A DNA stretch of 64,000 nt. Source: the human T2T-CHM13v2.0 reference genome, Homo sapiens. The DNA lies in the NCBI RefSeq assembly GCF_009914755.1, contig NC_060927.1, one strand, 5' to 3'. The translations under genes were made by a program, and so were the position numbers. Below are positions 13,430-28,762 of the stretch, piece after piece (position 1 is the stretch's first letter; each line of letters begins with the position of its first letter). The notes under the pieces are model-generated. The model did no database searches and was not told where the DNA came from. It worked only from the letters and a program-made list of their open reading frames with translations.

Positions 13430-13890
13430 GGCAGCTTGGATAAGATCAGGCCTTCCAAAGCAGACTCAGGGTTGGAATTTTTGCTCCATCATTTACCAGC
13501 CACGCTACTTGGGTTAAATTACTTAAACAGTCTGAACCTTAGCTTCTTCATCTGTAAAACAGAGATAATAATAATATTTCTCACAGGGCCACTGTGAGGA
13601 TAAAATTAGATAATGTACCCAAATCTCTTCACACAGAAAAGCCTTCCCCTGGTGGATCTCTCATGTACCCCCTGGATTTTCTAGGAGAGTGTGGCTTCTC
13701 CAATACCTTCTCGAACAGCTATTGAGAATCACTGCTTGTAATGAGAAATATTACGAATGTGGAGCCAGAAAAAGTCTGACAGCCTTTGCAGCAGGGGGAT
13801 GAGGAGGAGGTGGTTGTGTGTGTCCTCAGCTCAGTGGTAGGTGCTGGGCATGTGGTAGGAATGAAAAAGAAAAGGTAGCTATTATTAGTA
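13430..13890 (+). mobile_element. MIR split by repeat B copy 2
   Basis: MIR body through ...gtgaggataaaattagataatgtacccaaatctcttcacacag. The MIR 3' end gtgctgggcatgtggtagg...tagctattattag resumes after 13835. Confidence 0.7.
13653..13835 (+). repeat. Local direct repeat B, copy 2
   Basis: Diverged copy of 11986-12156, about 1.67 kb downstream. Confidence 0.9.
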
Positions 13891-15189
13891 GAATAGTATC
13901 TATAACTTTTATTTTTTGGCACAAATTAACAATTTAACAAAAACCAGACATTATTTTTGTTGGTGCTTTACCGGAAACATTGCTGTTTTCTAATGACTTC
14001 TGGTAGTAGTTTGTCATTATTTTTTATTTTAGGTTTTATTTTGTGTAAAAGGACTAAGTGAGATGGGTGTTTGCAATTTTTTTCTTTCCAACTGACTAGC
14101 TAGTCAATGCTCCTTTGGACCCCAGCCCACCGCCCTGAAAAAAAGGAAAAAGAACAAATTGAGAACTTATGAAACCACAACCCAGAAACCTGAATGTTTT
14201 TCATTTTAACTTTTCTTGGAAAAATTTGATGAAAAGCCTGTGCTGTGGTTTTAAACGGCATTGGGATGCCCGTCTCCTGTCCTTACCCCTAAGCTTCTGA
14301 ACGTGATTTATATTTCCCTATTTTAAGCTAGTGCAGATTTATGAGACTTTAAACACCATGGTTGGAGTTACTGGAGGTTTAAAGAGATTAAGCAGGTCCA
14401 GTAGCACCTGGAGGTGTATAAGTTGTTTAAAAGATTTATCGGCATTCCCATGTTAAAATTCACTTCTCAAGGATTCTCATATCCTGGATCTGAATCTATT
14501 TTGGGCAGAGGAGTAAATTTTTAGGATGTTTCATAAATGGAGGAAAAAACCCATCCCTCTATCGCTTCTTGCTTTGTTTTTTGGGCTGTGCCTCTGCCCC
14601 CTCACCTCTCTATCTTGCATGTCTAGCTAGTTCTGTCTCTGGGGTTTCCCTTCTCTCTGTTCCTGTCCTCTCTCAAGCGGTTGATCTCTTAGTGTTTCTC
14701 TGTGTTCACAAACTCAGCCTTTGACCCAGGAACCTAACAACAGCCAGAGGGAGCCTGAAGCTTTCTTGCCTGCCCTTGGCTCCTTGTGGTCCAGGGAGGG
14801 CTGCGGTGGTGGGAATGCCTGACACAGGGTAAAAAATCTCTGTGTTTACACCAGGGGGAGCAATGACTCCGTGGCTGAGAGGGGCTGGCTAGAGTCTGGA
14901 GTTTCCAAATGTCCATTCAAAGCAAGACACAATTCCTAGGTAGTTAAATTTAGGAGACTCTGTATTGAATGACCTTGAAAATAGGTTCAGGGCACAACAT
15001 GGGCACACCGCTTTGTCATATTCTACAAATACTGGGGAGAGCCAACATTCTTCTCATTGCCAATAATTATGCTCATCAGCCTCCACGTCTTGCCTCTCAC
15101 GTTTCTTCCATGTCCCAGCTCTGCCCACCCTGTCAAATCAGTGTGGATGTAGGGAACATGAACACATTTTAATATCAGCCTAAACCAGA

Positions 15190-15500
15190 CATCACTGGGA
15201 AGGAAATTGGAGAAACCATTCCAAAGTCAAGTAAAAATAGCTTGTGAATATGTACTCCATGGTTCCATTTATGTGAAACCCTACAAAAGACAAATCTAAT
15301 CTACAGTGACAGAAAGCAGACTGGTGGTTGCTTGGGACTAAGGTGGGGGCAGATTGGCTGAGATGGCACAAGAAAACTTTTTGTGATGTTGAAAGTATGC
15401 TATGCCTTGATTGTAGTGATGGTCGGACAGTTATATAAAGTTGTAAACACTCACTAAAATGTACAATGAAAATGAGTGTGAACTATACCTTGGTTTTTAA
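15190..15500 (+). mobile_element. L1M 3' end
   Basis: ttccatttatgtgaa...aatctacagtgacagaaagcagactggtggttgcttggg...cttgattgtagtgatgg. Confidence 0.65.
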
Positions 15501-16849
15501 ATGTCTCTGTTGTACATTCACACCAGCCTTTACCTCCATTAGCATAGACAATAGGAAGCTGTGTGTGAATCTTAGAATGCTCCCCAATCCAGGAGTGGTT
15601 GTTCAACCAGCCTATGCTGTGTGTCTATAGAGGGCACGGATAATCCAAAGCAGCAGATGAAACACCTAATTAGTTCTAATTGACTCTGGACTTTTTCTGT
15701 GCATTTGCCTTCCCTGAGTACAACCTGACTGACAGGAGCGGGGAGAGTAGGCAGCCAAGAAATGTGGCAGGGGAGGCCAGATTAAACAATTACAAGGGAG
15801 GGACAACAAAAGGGTGACTGACCACGCAGATGATAAAGAATTGTTGACTTTGTAATGTGAACTCATATTGTGCAAAGCAATTGGTGAGGTGGAGCAGATG
15901 TGCATTAGAAACGAAACCAACCACCCGGAATGGTCATGGTCTCTGGATAACAGGGGAGCTTCATCGACTCCATCTTTTCCACATCTCTAATTAAAATTTT
16001 GATATTACTTAAGTCAGGCACACTGCTCTATTCATTCCGACATCTGAATATCCATTTTAAAGTGGGCTAGGCTCACCCAGAGGATGATATAACTAGATTA
16101 AGAGATGGTGTGAGGGTTTAGAACATTGGATTTTTTGTCCCTGTTTGTGTGACCTTCTGGAAAATCTCTTGTTTCATTTATTTTTTTCTTTATTCCCTTA
16201 TTCAATAAAATTATTGAGCACCTATTATAAACCAGGCTGTTTGCCAGACATTGTTGACATATTGCTATAGGCGTCATTTTCCTCATTTGTAAATGCTCAT
16301 TCTGGGATCCCTTGACTATCCTGACCACTGTGCTAATGGTAGGTAGTGATGAGGTCAGGCTCTGAGACCTTCAATGCTGTGCCTCAATGTTGAGGCTGCC
16401 TCAATATAAAAGATAAGACTCTCCAACTTCCTTGGTCTCTATCTTTTTAAAGAGTGGCTCCAGATCACTGAAAGCATCTTTGTCATAAAAATTCCATGGA
16501 AATGAAATTAAGCATTTTAGTTTTATTTGTTGAAAATCTGTCCTTTAAAAACCTCCTGAGACCATTTTAAAGTTAATTTCTTATTGCTTCAAAGAACAAA
16601 CTCACATATAGGTATGAACTAACATTTGATCTAGCGCAAGGCAGTAAACTAGGGTTTTTGTCAGGCCTTTCTCCCTGATTTGCAGTGTTCCCTGGCACAC
16701 CCACCCCCTCACTAAGCAAAATTTAGAAGTCAACAGACACAAAATTACTTCTCCCTTGAAATCTTCCTCACACTTATTTTCAAGCGTCCAAGAGATACAA
16801 GCTCTTTTCAAGCATACAAGATCTGTTCCCTTCCAGGTCATCAAGTCAA

Positions 16850-17060
16850 CTCTCAGAAAAGAGTCTGATAGAGTGAGATTCAATTTCTACTCTGTCCATT
16901 TATAATGTGTGACCCAGGGAAAGTTCCCTAACTTCTTTGCCCTGCAGTTTCTTCATCTGGAAGTGAGGATAACAATATCTACTTTGAGTTGTTGTCCAGT
17001 TTAAATAAAATAATGGATGCAAAAATGCCCAGCCAATAGTAGAAAATCAATGGAAGTTGT
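16850..17060 (+). mobile_element. MIR
   Basis: tgtgtgacccagggaaagttccctaacttctttgccctgcagtttcttcatctggaagtgaggataacaatatctac. Confidence 0.65.
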
Positions 17061-17887
17061 TATGAAAGCCTAGCAGAGGTGAAGGCTGGAGATTAGCGAG
17101 AAAAGTTCTGCCACAGAGTGAGAAATACTCCATGAGGAACCAGGACCTTCAGTCTTTGTTGAGTAGGTGGCTCCTATGGAAGGATAGGATCTTCAGATTA
17201 TTAAGCTCAGAAGTATGTATTATCTATCTGGGAGGACTGGCATTCTAAAAGGGGAAATAGGTCATCCAGATGCCAAAAATGGGAGGGCCCAGAACCCAGC
17301 TATAGGAAGAGTGAATATGGAAGAAAATGATGAAGAAAAAGTCAGCTCCAGCAAGCTGTGGTGGCCATAACAGCAGATGCCACCATCAGATTACCTCCAC
17401 ATTCCCCCAGGAAAAGTTGACATTTCCTGGTCCTTTCCAAAGAAGCTGCAGTCCCACCAACAGGTCAAAATTAGTATCACAAAGAGGGCTGAGAACCTGA
17501 AGATGGAGCATGTCTGCTGATCTGAGAACAACAGACAACCGGCTCCAGCTGTGATTAAAGTTGGTTGGAATTCACAGCTGGTAGAACAATGACCACATTA
17601 ATGAACTGAACTTCGGCTTACCCTCCTGTTCCAAAGTTCTTCTTCTTCCCTCCACACACACAGCCAACTGTACTATGGAGATTTATGGTGTTAGCACCTG
17701 AAGAGTTGGATGGCCTTGATTGCTGTTAAATAAACTCTAACATGTATGATTTGAAAACACAGTTACAGGATGCAAACTTGCTAAGAACACCAAATAAGAA
17801 CCAACTATATTGTAGAGCTCCACGTGGGCAGGGACAACATCTACATTTTTTACTACTTTATATCAAGCATCAAGCTCGGAGCTTCTT

Positions 17888-17998
17888 TGGTGTCCAACCA
17901 TCCTGGTTTGCCTGGAGCTCTCCTAGCTTCAGCACTGAAAATTCCTGTGTCTCAGGAAATTGCTCAGTCACAGATAACCACGGATGGCTGGTCACCTG
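17888..17998. mobile_element. MER81-like hAT-Blackjack element
   Basis: About 110 bp with inverted termini ggtgtccaaccatcctggtttgcc ... ccacggatggctggtcacc and internal agcactgaaaattcc. Confidence 0.7.
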
Positions 17999-18439
17999 GA
18001 CTTGGCACATAATAGATGGCCAATAAATTTTTGTCAACCAAAAGAAATGCATTAAATAAGTAGTATAAGTGTAACTGGAATTACAATGTAATAAGTTATA
18101 TTAACTACTTTTGATACAAATCAGCCTCTAATAGATACCGGTTTGAAGTTGAGTTTGATGAAACCAGCATACTAGTTTGATGATATATAGACCAGTTTTG
18201 GACTTCTATACATTCTCATTTCTGTCCCTTCTTTTGACCTTACTGTGTATGTCTGGGCAATTAGTCAGCAGCAGGGCCACACAGTTTCGAACTGTCAAAA
18301 CATGGTCAAACATGACTAGGATTTCTAAAGTTTATTTTCCTAATTATTTACTTTCCCATCCCACCTACATAGAAGCCAGGTGTTTTAATATGATCCATAG
18401 CATACACTTGGGAAAGAAGGAACATTTGTGCAGTCTAAG

Positions 18440-18790
18440 AAATTCAACAATCCTTTACTGAGTGACTGCTCTGGGCACTGTGCTGGGGGCTGCAGGGCAT
18501 TCAAAATGAGTGAAAAAGGATCCTTGCCCTTAGTAGCTCTCAGTCTAGGGATAGGATGTATGAATAAACAGACATGAATATTTATGATATGAAGCATATT
18601 GGTATACTATTTTAATGATTTTAGTTGTGCCCTGTATGACTACAAGAGAGAGGGAGGTTGATTTTGAGGCATTGTGGAATGTCCACCTGAAAGAGGTAGG
18701 ATTTAAGGTGGGCTTTGAAGAAAGTACAGGACTTCAAAAGTTGGCTATTGGGTGGGGAGAATTTCTTTCCAGGTAGAAGGGAAAGTAAGG
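18440..18790 (-). mobile_element. L2 3' fragment
   Basis: attcaacaatcctttactgagtgactgctctgggcactgtgctggggg... is an antisense L2 tail. Confidence 0.6.
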
Positions 18791-18794
18791 GCAT

Positions 18795-19322
18795 GGGAAT
18801 TAGTTGCATTAGGCCACTCACTACATAAACCTGACTAAAGGGACTTAACTAAACAGAGACGTATACAAGAAGCCCAAGGCTAATGCAGAACTTCAATGAG
18901 CCATCAATGCCCTAGGCTTCTTTTCTCTTTCTGCTCCACCATCCTTAGCTTGTGGCTTTGTTGATCTGTGTTCCCAAGATGGTTGCTCCACCTCAAGCCT
19001 TATGTTGTGCACAAGGCAGGAAAAAGGAGAAAGAAAAAGGGATAGGAAAGAAAGTGAAGAAGGAAAGAAAGGAAGGAAGGGTGGGGAGAAGGTGGAGCCT
19101 GTTATGAGAAGGGCAAAAATTTTCCCCAAATCCCTAGCAGACGTTTTCTTCATTTGTATTTCATGATAAGAAACAGGTTACATGGCCACCCCTAGCTGCA
19201 AAGGAGTCTGGGCAGGTGAACATCGTAGCTGGACATATTGCCCTCCTGAATATTATTATAGTTCTGTTAGTAACAAGGCGGGGCAGAATGGATTTAGGGT
19301 AGGTACCTAGCAGGGTCTGTGC
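18795..19322 (-). mobile_element. Old MLT1 (J/K-like) LTR
   Basis: cccaagatggttgctcc...ggttacatggccacccctagctgcaaaggagtctggg...gggtaggtacctagcag. Confidence 0.55.
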
Positions 19323-19412
19323 CTTTGAGCAGAAGCCTAGAGATGAGGACAGGGCAAGGATTGCTGGATAAATGAGAGAATTAAGAGCAGAATCTTGTGC
19401 CTGGAATGAAGC

Positions 19413-19414
<2 letters not shown>

Positions 19415-19466
<52 letters not shown>
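19415..19466. repeat. (GT)26 microsatellite
   Basis: Perfect dinucleotide run of 52 bp. Confidence 0.97.
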
Positions 19467-19467
<1 letters not shown>

Positions 19468-19708
19468 GAGGAGGGGGCAGGACAAGATGGGATAGGATGG
19501 GATAGCTTTACAGGTGTGGGTAGAAGTCATCTGAAGAAAATAGTGGGAAAACAGGTGCCAAATGCTGGAGATATGTGGCTTTAACCTGTCTCTTTAATTT
19601 CTCTGCAAAAGCTCCAGATCAGCCTGTTTCATGCTTCATGGGATAGTGTTCATCCTTTACTCCCATCTGCTTCCCTCCTCAGTCTCATGTTATCAAGAAC
19701 CTTGGATA

Positions 19709-19828
19709 GGCTGGGTGTGGTGGCTCATGCCTGTATCCCAGCACTTTGGGAGGTTAAGGCAGGAGGATCGCTTGAGCCCAGGGGTTTGAGATCAGCCTAG
19801 GCAACATAGGGAGACCCTGTTTCTACAG
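19709..19828 (+). mobile_element. FLAM_C / AluJ left monomer
   Basis: ggctgggtgtggtggctcatgcctgta...gaggatcgcttgagcccagg...gaccctgtttctac. Confidence 0.85.
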
Positions 19829-20288
19829 GGGCCGGTGGGGGGAAAGAACTTTGGATAGTTGTATTAAAAATGCCACTTTCAAACCTGTACCTTTATGTCA
19901 GTATCAGAACATGACAGAAACACAGCTTTTTCTTTCTCTCAAATTTACCTCTTATCTATATTTCAATTTTGCATTATTATTTATATATTATACTGATTGA
20001 CTCTTTTATTTTCCTTGGGTACTATATAATATCAACCTTTCAGCATGAAACAATTGTGATTTTAGCTTTATTAACTAATAATCAGGAGAAAAAATATACA
20101 GAAACATAATGCTAATCAGAAGTATACATATATATTTTTCTATATATTTCTGATTAGTATTTATGAATCTAAAATCATATTTTACACACAGACATACTCC
20201 CTCCTCCCCTAAATATATTTTCCATCTATAGCAGTATTTTTTTTTTCTGGATAGACATTGAGACCTTATTTTATTGTCAATATAGTAG

Positions 20289-20700
20289 TTTTTTTTTTTT
20301 ATTATACTTTAAGTTCTGGGATACACGTGCAGAACGTGCAGGTTTGTTACATAGGTATACACGTGCCATGGTGGCTTGTTGCACCCATCAACCCGTCATC
20401 TAATGCTATCCCTCCCCTCGCCCCCCCAACCCCTGACAGGCCCTGGTGTGTGATGTTCCCCTCCCTGTGTCCATGTGTTCTCATTGTTCAACTCCCACTT
20501 ATGAGTGAGAACATGTGGTGTTTGGTTTTCTGTTCCTGTGTCAGTTTACTGAAAATGATAGTTTCCAGCCTCATCCATGTCCAAGCAAAGGACAGGAACT
20601 TATCTTTTTTATGGCTGCATAGTATTCCATGGTGTATATGTGCCACGTTTTCTTTATCCAGTCTATCTTTGATGGGCATTCGGGTTGGTTCCAAGTCTTT
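20289..20700 (-). mobile_element. 5'-truncated L1PA (PA7/8-like) 3' end
   Basis: Poly-T then attatactttaagttctgggatacacgtgcagaacgtgcagg. Antisense ORF2 C-terminus (ETIIFSKLTQEQKTKHHMFSLISGS). TSD-like tatagtagtt / tatagcagtc. Confidence 0.92.
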
Positions 20701-20947
20701 ATAGCAGTCTTTTTGAGAGTCAGACTTGTTCTTTAGCTTGGCAATTTCTTTTGTATCTTGGAGTGATTTTACTTTGGTCACTGTCTAAGCTACAGCTCTC
20801 TGATTAATTTTACCATTGCTTGGCTCCAGTTTTGGTTTCTTTCAGGGTAATAGTTTCTGAAGAAAACAACCATTCTGAAGAGTAGTTGAAGAACCACAGA
20901 GAGCCTGTCAGTATTAGGGGAAGTTATAAGGTTGTTATTACTCTAAG

Positions 20948-21130
20948 TCAGGGGTCAGCAAACATTTTTTTAAAGTGCCAGATAGTAAATATTTTTTACT
21001 TTGTAGGCCAAATGGTCTTTGTTGCAACTACTTGACTCTGCCCTTGTAACACAAAAGTAGCCATAAACACTAAGTAAATGAATGCGCACAGCTTTGTTCT
21101 CATACAACTTTACTTACAAGTCCCCTGCTC
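20948..21130. mobile_element. MER58A hAT-Charlie element
   Basis: caggggtcagcaaac...gccagatagtaaatatttt...gcaactacttgactctgcccttgtaac...cccctg. Confidence 0.75.
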
Positions 21131-22310
21131 TAAGTGAACAGCAGAAAGAGATTCTTTCCCTTGAGCATGCTCTTTGTCTGTGTTTCTTCTTTTTGTCTTC
21201 ATATCACCATCTTTCCTCCACGCTTGTCTTTATTCCTTTTTCATCATAACTTCCCTGTTTCTCACTTTCTTTTTCACATCTTGGTCCTTTCTTGTCACTT
21301 GCTGCATGACACGTCCTTCAGGATGCCTGGCAGATCCTCCTAGTCTCGTGGGATGACTTCAGAAAGGAAACCTCACTCCTCCTTGGGGCCACTTGGTGAC
21401 AGAGAGTTTCCTGGGATGACTGGATTGTGTGTCTGGCCACTTCTTGAGTACACCTAACTCTTTGTGGGTAGCTTAAGATATGTTTTAGTTTATTAGCTGC
21501 ATCATTCCTCTCGCTTCCTGGGACCTGCATCTCTGAGATGACTAAGGGGGTCTTTCTTTTAAAATGCCAGTGGAAACTGAGGCGTATTTGAGTGTTCTTT
21601 AGTTTGTTGAGTTCTCCCATCTCTTCCGAATAGGTGAAGGCTGACAGGGAACATGAGTGTGGCGTCTGTAAGGGCAACTTCCTGAGGATCTGTAGGAAAT
21701 TGACATGATTTTACCTCCTGGAGATTTCCTCATTCAGGCAGGTTTTTGGTCACCACATGCTTCCCCCAAAGACAGGATGAGAGTGAATGGGCTTCCACTG
21801 CAGCAGGAAAGATTAAGAGTAGAGGTCAGGAAGAACTTTGGGGCTGTCACAACTGTATATCAAGCAAGGCCAAGACCAGGGGATGTTTTGGCATTCCCTT
21901 GGAATTGTTAAAAGAAGAGGACAGATTATTTCCTGTCCTCACTCTAAACAGAAAATAGTGTGACAAAGGAAACAGCTTTCTGTTAGAAATTTCCTGTGCA
22001 GTATGGACTGAGGGCTGGGAATCAAGATTTGAGACCCAAATATCTTCCACCAGCTTCCTCTATGCAGATCACCCTTCAGGGTGCCAGCTGCTCACTTCAG
22101 CAGGGAAGACACCCACCCTTCCACGATCTGAGTGATGCTGATATTCTTCTGGCTTCAGAATTCTCTATTCCTTTCTTTTTCTCTCTGCTGTGTCTTTCCC
22201 TCAGCTTTTTAGCTATGCACAGCTGCTCCATTTTGAAAACAACAGAAAAAAATAAACATTTGGAAACTTGATCATCCTGTCTAGCTACTGTCTTCTTTTC
22301 TTTCTTTCTT

Positions 22311-23500
<1,190 letters not shown>

Positions 23501-25234
23501 CCTAACATAGGTGAGGAAATGTGTGTGATAGGGAAACACCATGGGAACCCGCCTAGGACTCATGAATTCTGGGGTCTGCTGTGGATCTTCAGGCAAGTCA
23601 CTTTACTCTCTACTTTTCAATCTTCTTGTTGTTGAAATGAGGGGTTCGATTAAGTAATATTTTAATCACTTTCCTCATCTTTCCCCAGATTGTTTTCTCC
23701 TCTCTCTCTAGAGGAAAAATTTCTCCTTTAGAAGCCGATTTTTCCTGTTATGCCGTTGTTTTCTCTCGGTTACCTAGTGGTTCTTGGACTCCTGCTCACC
23801 CTGGCTCACTCTTTCCTGCCCACACCTGCTTCTCTCCATATATAAGGCATCAACACATGCTATTATGTTTCCTTTCTCATTGCCTTCCACAGCTTTCCAT
23901 TTCAGTCACAGCCACAGCTTCGTTGAAGTACTTCTACACTATTCTTTGGACTCCGAACTCCTTCTTCCAGTCTCCTAGGCTCATCTACCTTCTGAAAACA
24001 CTTCTTCCATCTTATCCCATCCTGTCCCTTCCTTCCTTTAAATCTCTGAGTAGGGGCGGAGCAAAGGGGGTGTATGTCAAGATGCCTTGGGAGCTGTTTC
24101 TAAATACATAGACCTGAACATAGCTCTTCCTTCCTCCACTCTGGCATTCTTATGCATCATGGGAAAAAGTTTCTCCAGCTGATGATTTTCTCCCTGTCTC
24201 TCTCTCTCACATCATTGTAAAGAATCCACATTATGAAAATTTAAATATTTTATGGACTATAAAAGTCCCCTCAAGATAACTGGTATTTCCTTGTAAGCAC
24301 ATGTAGCTTTATCCCATTTACTTAAAAAATTGATTTTTAAAACAGTTTTATTGTGGTATAATTGACATTTGACAAATTGCATGTATTTAAAGTGTGCAAT
24401 TTGATCAGTTTTGACATAAGCATACAGCCATAAAAGCCATCACTGCAGTCAAGAACATATCCATCGCCTCCAAAAGTTATGCCGTTCCCATTTATAACTC
24501 CCCTCTCTCTCCCTTCAGCTCCCAGTCTCCGACTCTGGTCATCTCCAGACAATCACTGATCTGCTTTCTGTCAGTATAGGTTACTTTGCATTTCCTAGAA
24601 TTTTATAAAAATGGAATCACCTAGAATATACTCTCTGTTGTCTGACCTCTTTCACGCTCCATAATTATTCTGAGATTCATCCAAGTCCTGCATAGTATTC
24701 CATTGTATAGATATATCACAATTTGTTTATCTGATTGCTTGTTGATGGATTTTTGGATCACTTCCTGGTGTTGGCTATTATAAATGAAGTTGCTATGAAC
24801 ATTTGTGTGCAAATCTTTACATGGATATATGCTTTTATTTTTCTTGGGTAAATACCAAGAGTGGAATGACTGTGTCACATGGTAAGTGTATGTTTACCTA
24901 GTTAAGAAACTGCCAAACTGTTTTTTGAAGTAATTGTACCATTTTGCATTCGAAGTGTAAGAGAGTTCCGTTTTTGCATCCTCTCCTCATCCTCACCAGC
25001 ACTTGATATGTTCAGGCGTTTTAATTTTAGACATTCCAATAAATCATCACATCTCATTGAGCTTTTAGTTTGCATTTTCCTCATGACTAATAGTATTGAG
25101 CATTATCTCAAATGCTTATTGCTGTCTGTATATCTCTAAAGTGAGTGTCTAGTCAAATCTTTTGCCCAATTTTAAAAGTTGGGTTGTTTGTTTTCTTATC
25201 ATGAAGGTCTGAGAGTTGTTTATATATTCTGGAC

Positions 25235-25833
<599 letters not shown>

Positions 25834-26819
25834 AGATTTTTCAATTGTTCAAGCACCATTTGTAAAGACTACCATTTTTATACTGAATTCCCTTTGATTT
25901 TTTTTATAATTGAAAATCAACAATAGCAATTGATGATATACATATGGGTCTGTTTCTGGACCCCATTCTAGTCCATCAATCTATTTGTCTATCTTTACAC
26001 CAATACCACATTGTCTGGATTACTATAGCCTCATAAATGTCTTGAAATTGGGTAGTGTAAGTCCTCCAACTCTCTTCTCTTTCGTTGTTTTGGCTTTTCT
26101 AGGTTCTGTTCATCAAATCAACTTATAAATTTCTACAAAAGAGCCTATTGGGATTTCATTGAATCTAAGATCAGTTTGGGAAAAATTAATGTCCTAAGGA
26201 TTTTGAGTCTTTGCAAAATTCCATGACACAGTATTTCTCCCCATTTACTTAGATCTTCTTTAATTTCCTTCAGCAATGTATTTTATCTTTGAGTGTATGA
26301 GTCTTACATATTTTAAAAATCAGGCTAAGCCTTCAAATTTTTATTTCCATGCTACTATAGTGATGTTTTAAAATTTCAAGTTCTAAATCTTCATTGTTAG
26401 GTTATAGAAATACAATTTAATTTTTATATTGGTCTTATACTCTGAAATCTGGCTAAACTCGTTATTAGATCTACTAGTTTAAGAAATATATATTTCATGG
26501 AATTTTCTAAGTAGCAATCATACCATCTTTGAATACAGACAGTTTTACCTCTTCCTCTTCAATCTGGGTGCCTTTAATTTCTTTTTCTTATTGCACTGTA
26601 CATCCAGTACATTGAATAGGGGTAAGAGTAGACATCTTACCTTCTTCTGATCTTAGGGAAAAAGCTTGCTGTTAACTATAGATTTTTGGTAGATGTCCTT
26701 TATTAAGTTAAGAGAGCCCCTTCTATTCCTAGTTTGCTGAGAGTTTTGTTCAGAAATGGATATTGGATTTTTGTCAAATTATTTTCCTGCATCTACTTAG
26801 ATGATCACATGGTATCGCT

Positions 26820-27020
26820 TTTTTAAATTTAAATTTTATTTTATTTTTTGAGACATGATCTGACTTTCATGCCACCATGTCCGGCTACTTTTTGTATTTT
26901 TTGTAGAGATGGGTTATGCCATGTCGCCCAGGCTGGTTTCAGTCTCCTGGGATCAAGGGATTTGCCCACCTTGGTCTCCCAAAGTGCTAGGATTACGGGC
27001 GTAAGCCACCATACTCGGAC
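26820..27020 (-). mobile_element. AluJ fragment (right arm largely deleted)
   Basis: ttttttgagacatg...catgccaccatgtccggcta...ctcccaaagtgctaggattacgggcgtaagccacc. Confidence 0.8.
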
Positions 27021-27042
27021 TTGTATTGCTTTTTAAATATGG

Positions 27043-27508
27043 TATATTGGTTTCCTAGGGTTGCTGTAACGAAGTAGTGCAAACTGGGTAGCTTAAAATA
27101 ATAGACATTTATTCTGTCACAGTTCTGAAGAGAAGAAGTCTGAAATCAAGTGTTAGAATGGCCATGCTCCCTCTGAGACTCTGGGGAGAATCTTTCTTTA
27201 CCTCTTTCTAGCTTCTGGTGGTGGCTGTCAATTCTTGGTATTCTTTGCTGCTGCGTCACTCCAATCTCTGCCTCTGCCATTACATGGCATTTTTCCCTAT
27301 GTGTCTCTGTCTTCTCTGTCTTCATATGGAATTTTTTTTTCTTCTTATCGGGACACCAGTCATATTGGATTAGGGTCCATCCTAGTGACCACATTCCAAA
27401 TTTGATTATATCTGCAAACACCTTATTTCCAAATAAGGCCACTTTCACAGCTACCAGGGGTTAGGACTTTAACATACCTTTTTTGAGAATACAATTCAAC
27501 CCATATCA
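27043..27508 (-). mobile_element. MLT1C solo LTR
   Basis: tattggtttcctagggttgctgtaac...caaactgggtagcttaaaa...ttccaaataaggccac...caattcaacccatatca. Confidence 0.82.
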
Positions 27509-28442
27509 TGTGGTAAGTTACATTGAATAGTTTTCCAAATGTGAAACCAACCTTGTATATGTGGGATAAACCCACTTGGTTATGATGTATTATCCTTTTT
27601 ATATATTGTAGATTTTATTTGCTAAAATTTTATTAAAAATTTTATTCCTAATAAATATTCCTAAGGAAGTAGTCTACATTTTTTTTCTTATATGGCCTTT
27701 GTTTAGTTTTGGCATCAGAGTAATGCTGGCCTCATAGAAGTAGTTGGGAAATATTTCCTCCTTTTCACTTTTCTGGAAGAGTTTTTGTGGAATTGATATT
27801 ATTTCTTCCTTAAATGTTTCATAAATTTACCAAAAAACCCATGTGAATCTTGAGTTGTTTTGTGTGTGGGTGTGTGTGGGGAAAGCTTTTAAGCTACAAA
27901 TTTAATTTCTATAGTAGATAAATAGCTATTTAAGTTAGCAATTTCTCCTTGAGTGAACTTTAGTAGTTTGTGTCCATCTTATGAAAGTTGTCAAATTTGT
28001 TGGCATAAAGTTGTTCATAATATTCCCTTATTATTATTTTTACATTTATAGAATTTGTAGTGATGTTACCTCTGTCATTCCTGCTAGCAGTAATTTGAGA
28101 TTTTTCTCTTATTTTCTGATCAGTCTGGGTGGAGGTTTTTTTATTTTATTGATCTTAAAGAACCCACTTTAGTTTCATTGATTTTTTTCTTTTGTTTTCC
28201 TGCTATTTTATTGCCTTCTGCTCTGATCTTTTTTATTTCTGTTCTTCCACTTTGATTTCGTTTGCTCTTACAGTAGAATAGGAGCTTATTGATGGGAGAT
28301 CTTTATTTTCAAAATAGGTATTTAGCACTATAAATGTCTTTCTGCTTCAGCTGCATCCCACAGATTTAGACTGCCTTAGCTGCATCCCACAGATTTTTAT
28401 GTAATGTGTTTTCATTTTTATTCACTTTGAGATTCTTTCTAA

Positions 28443-28762
<320 letters not shown>

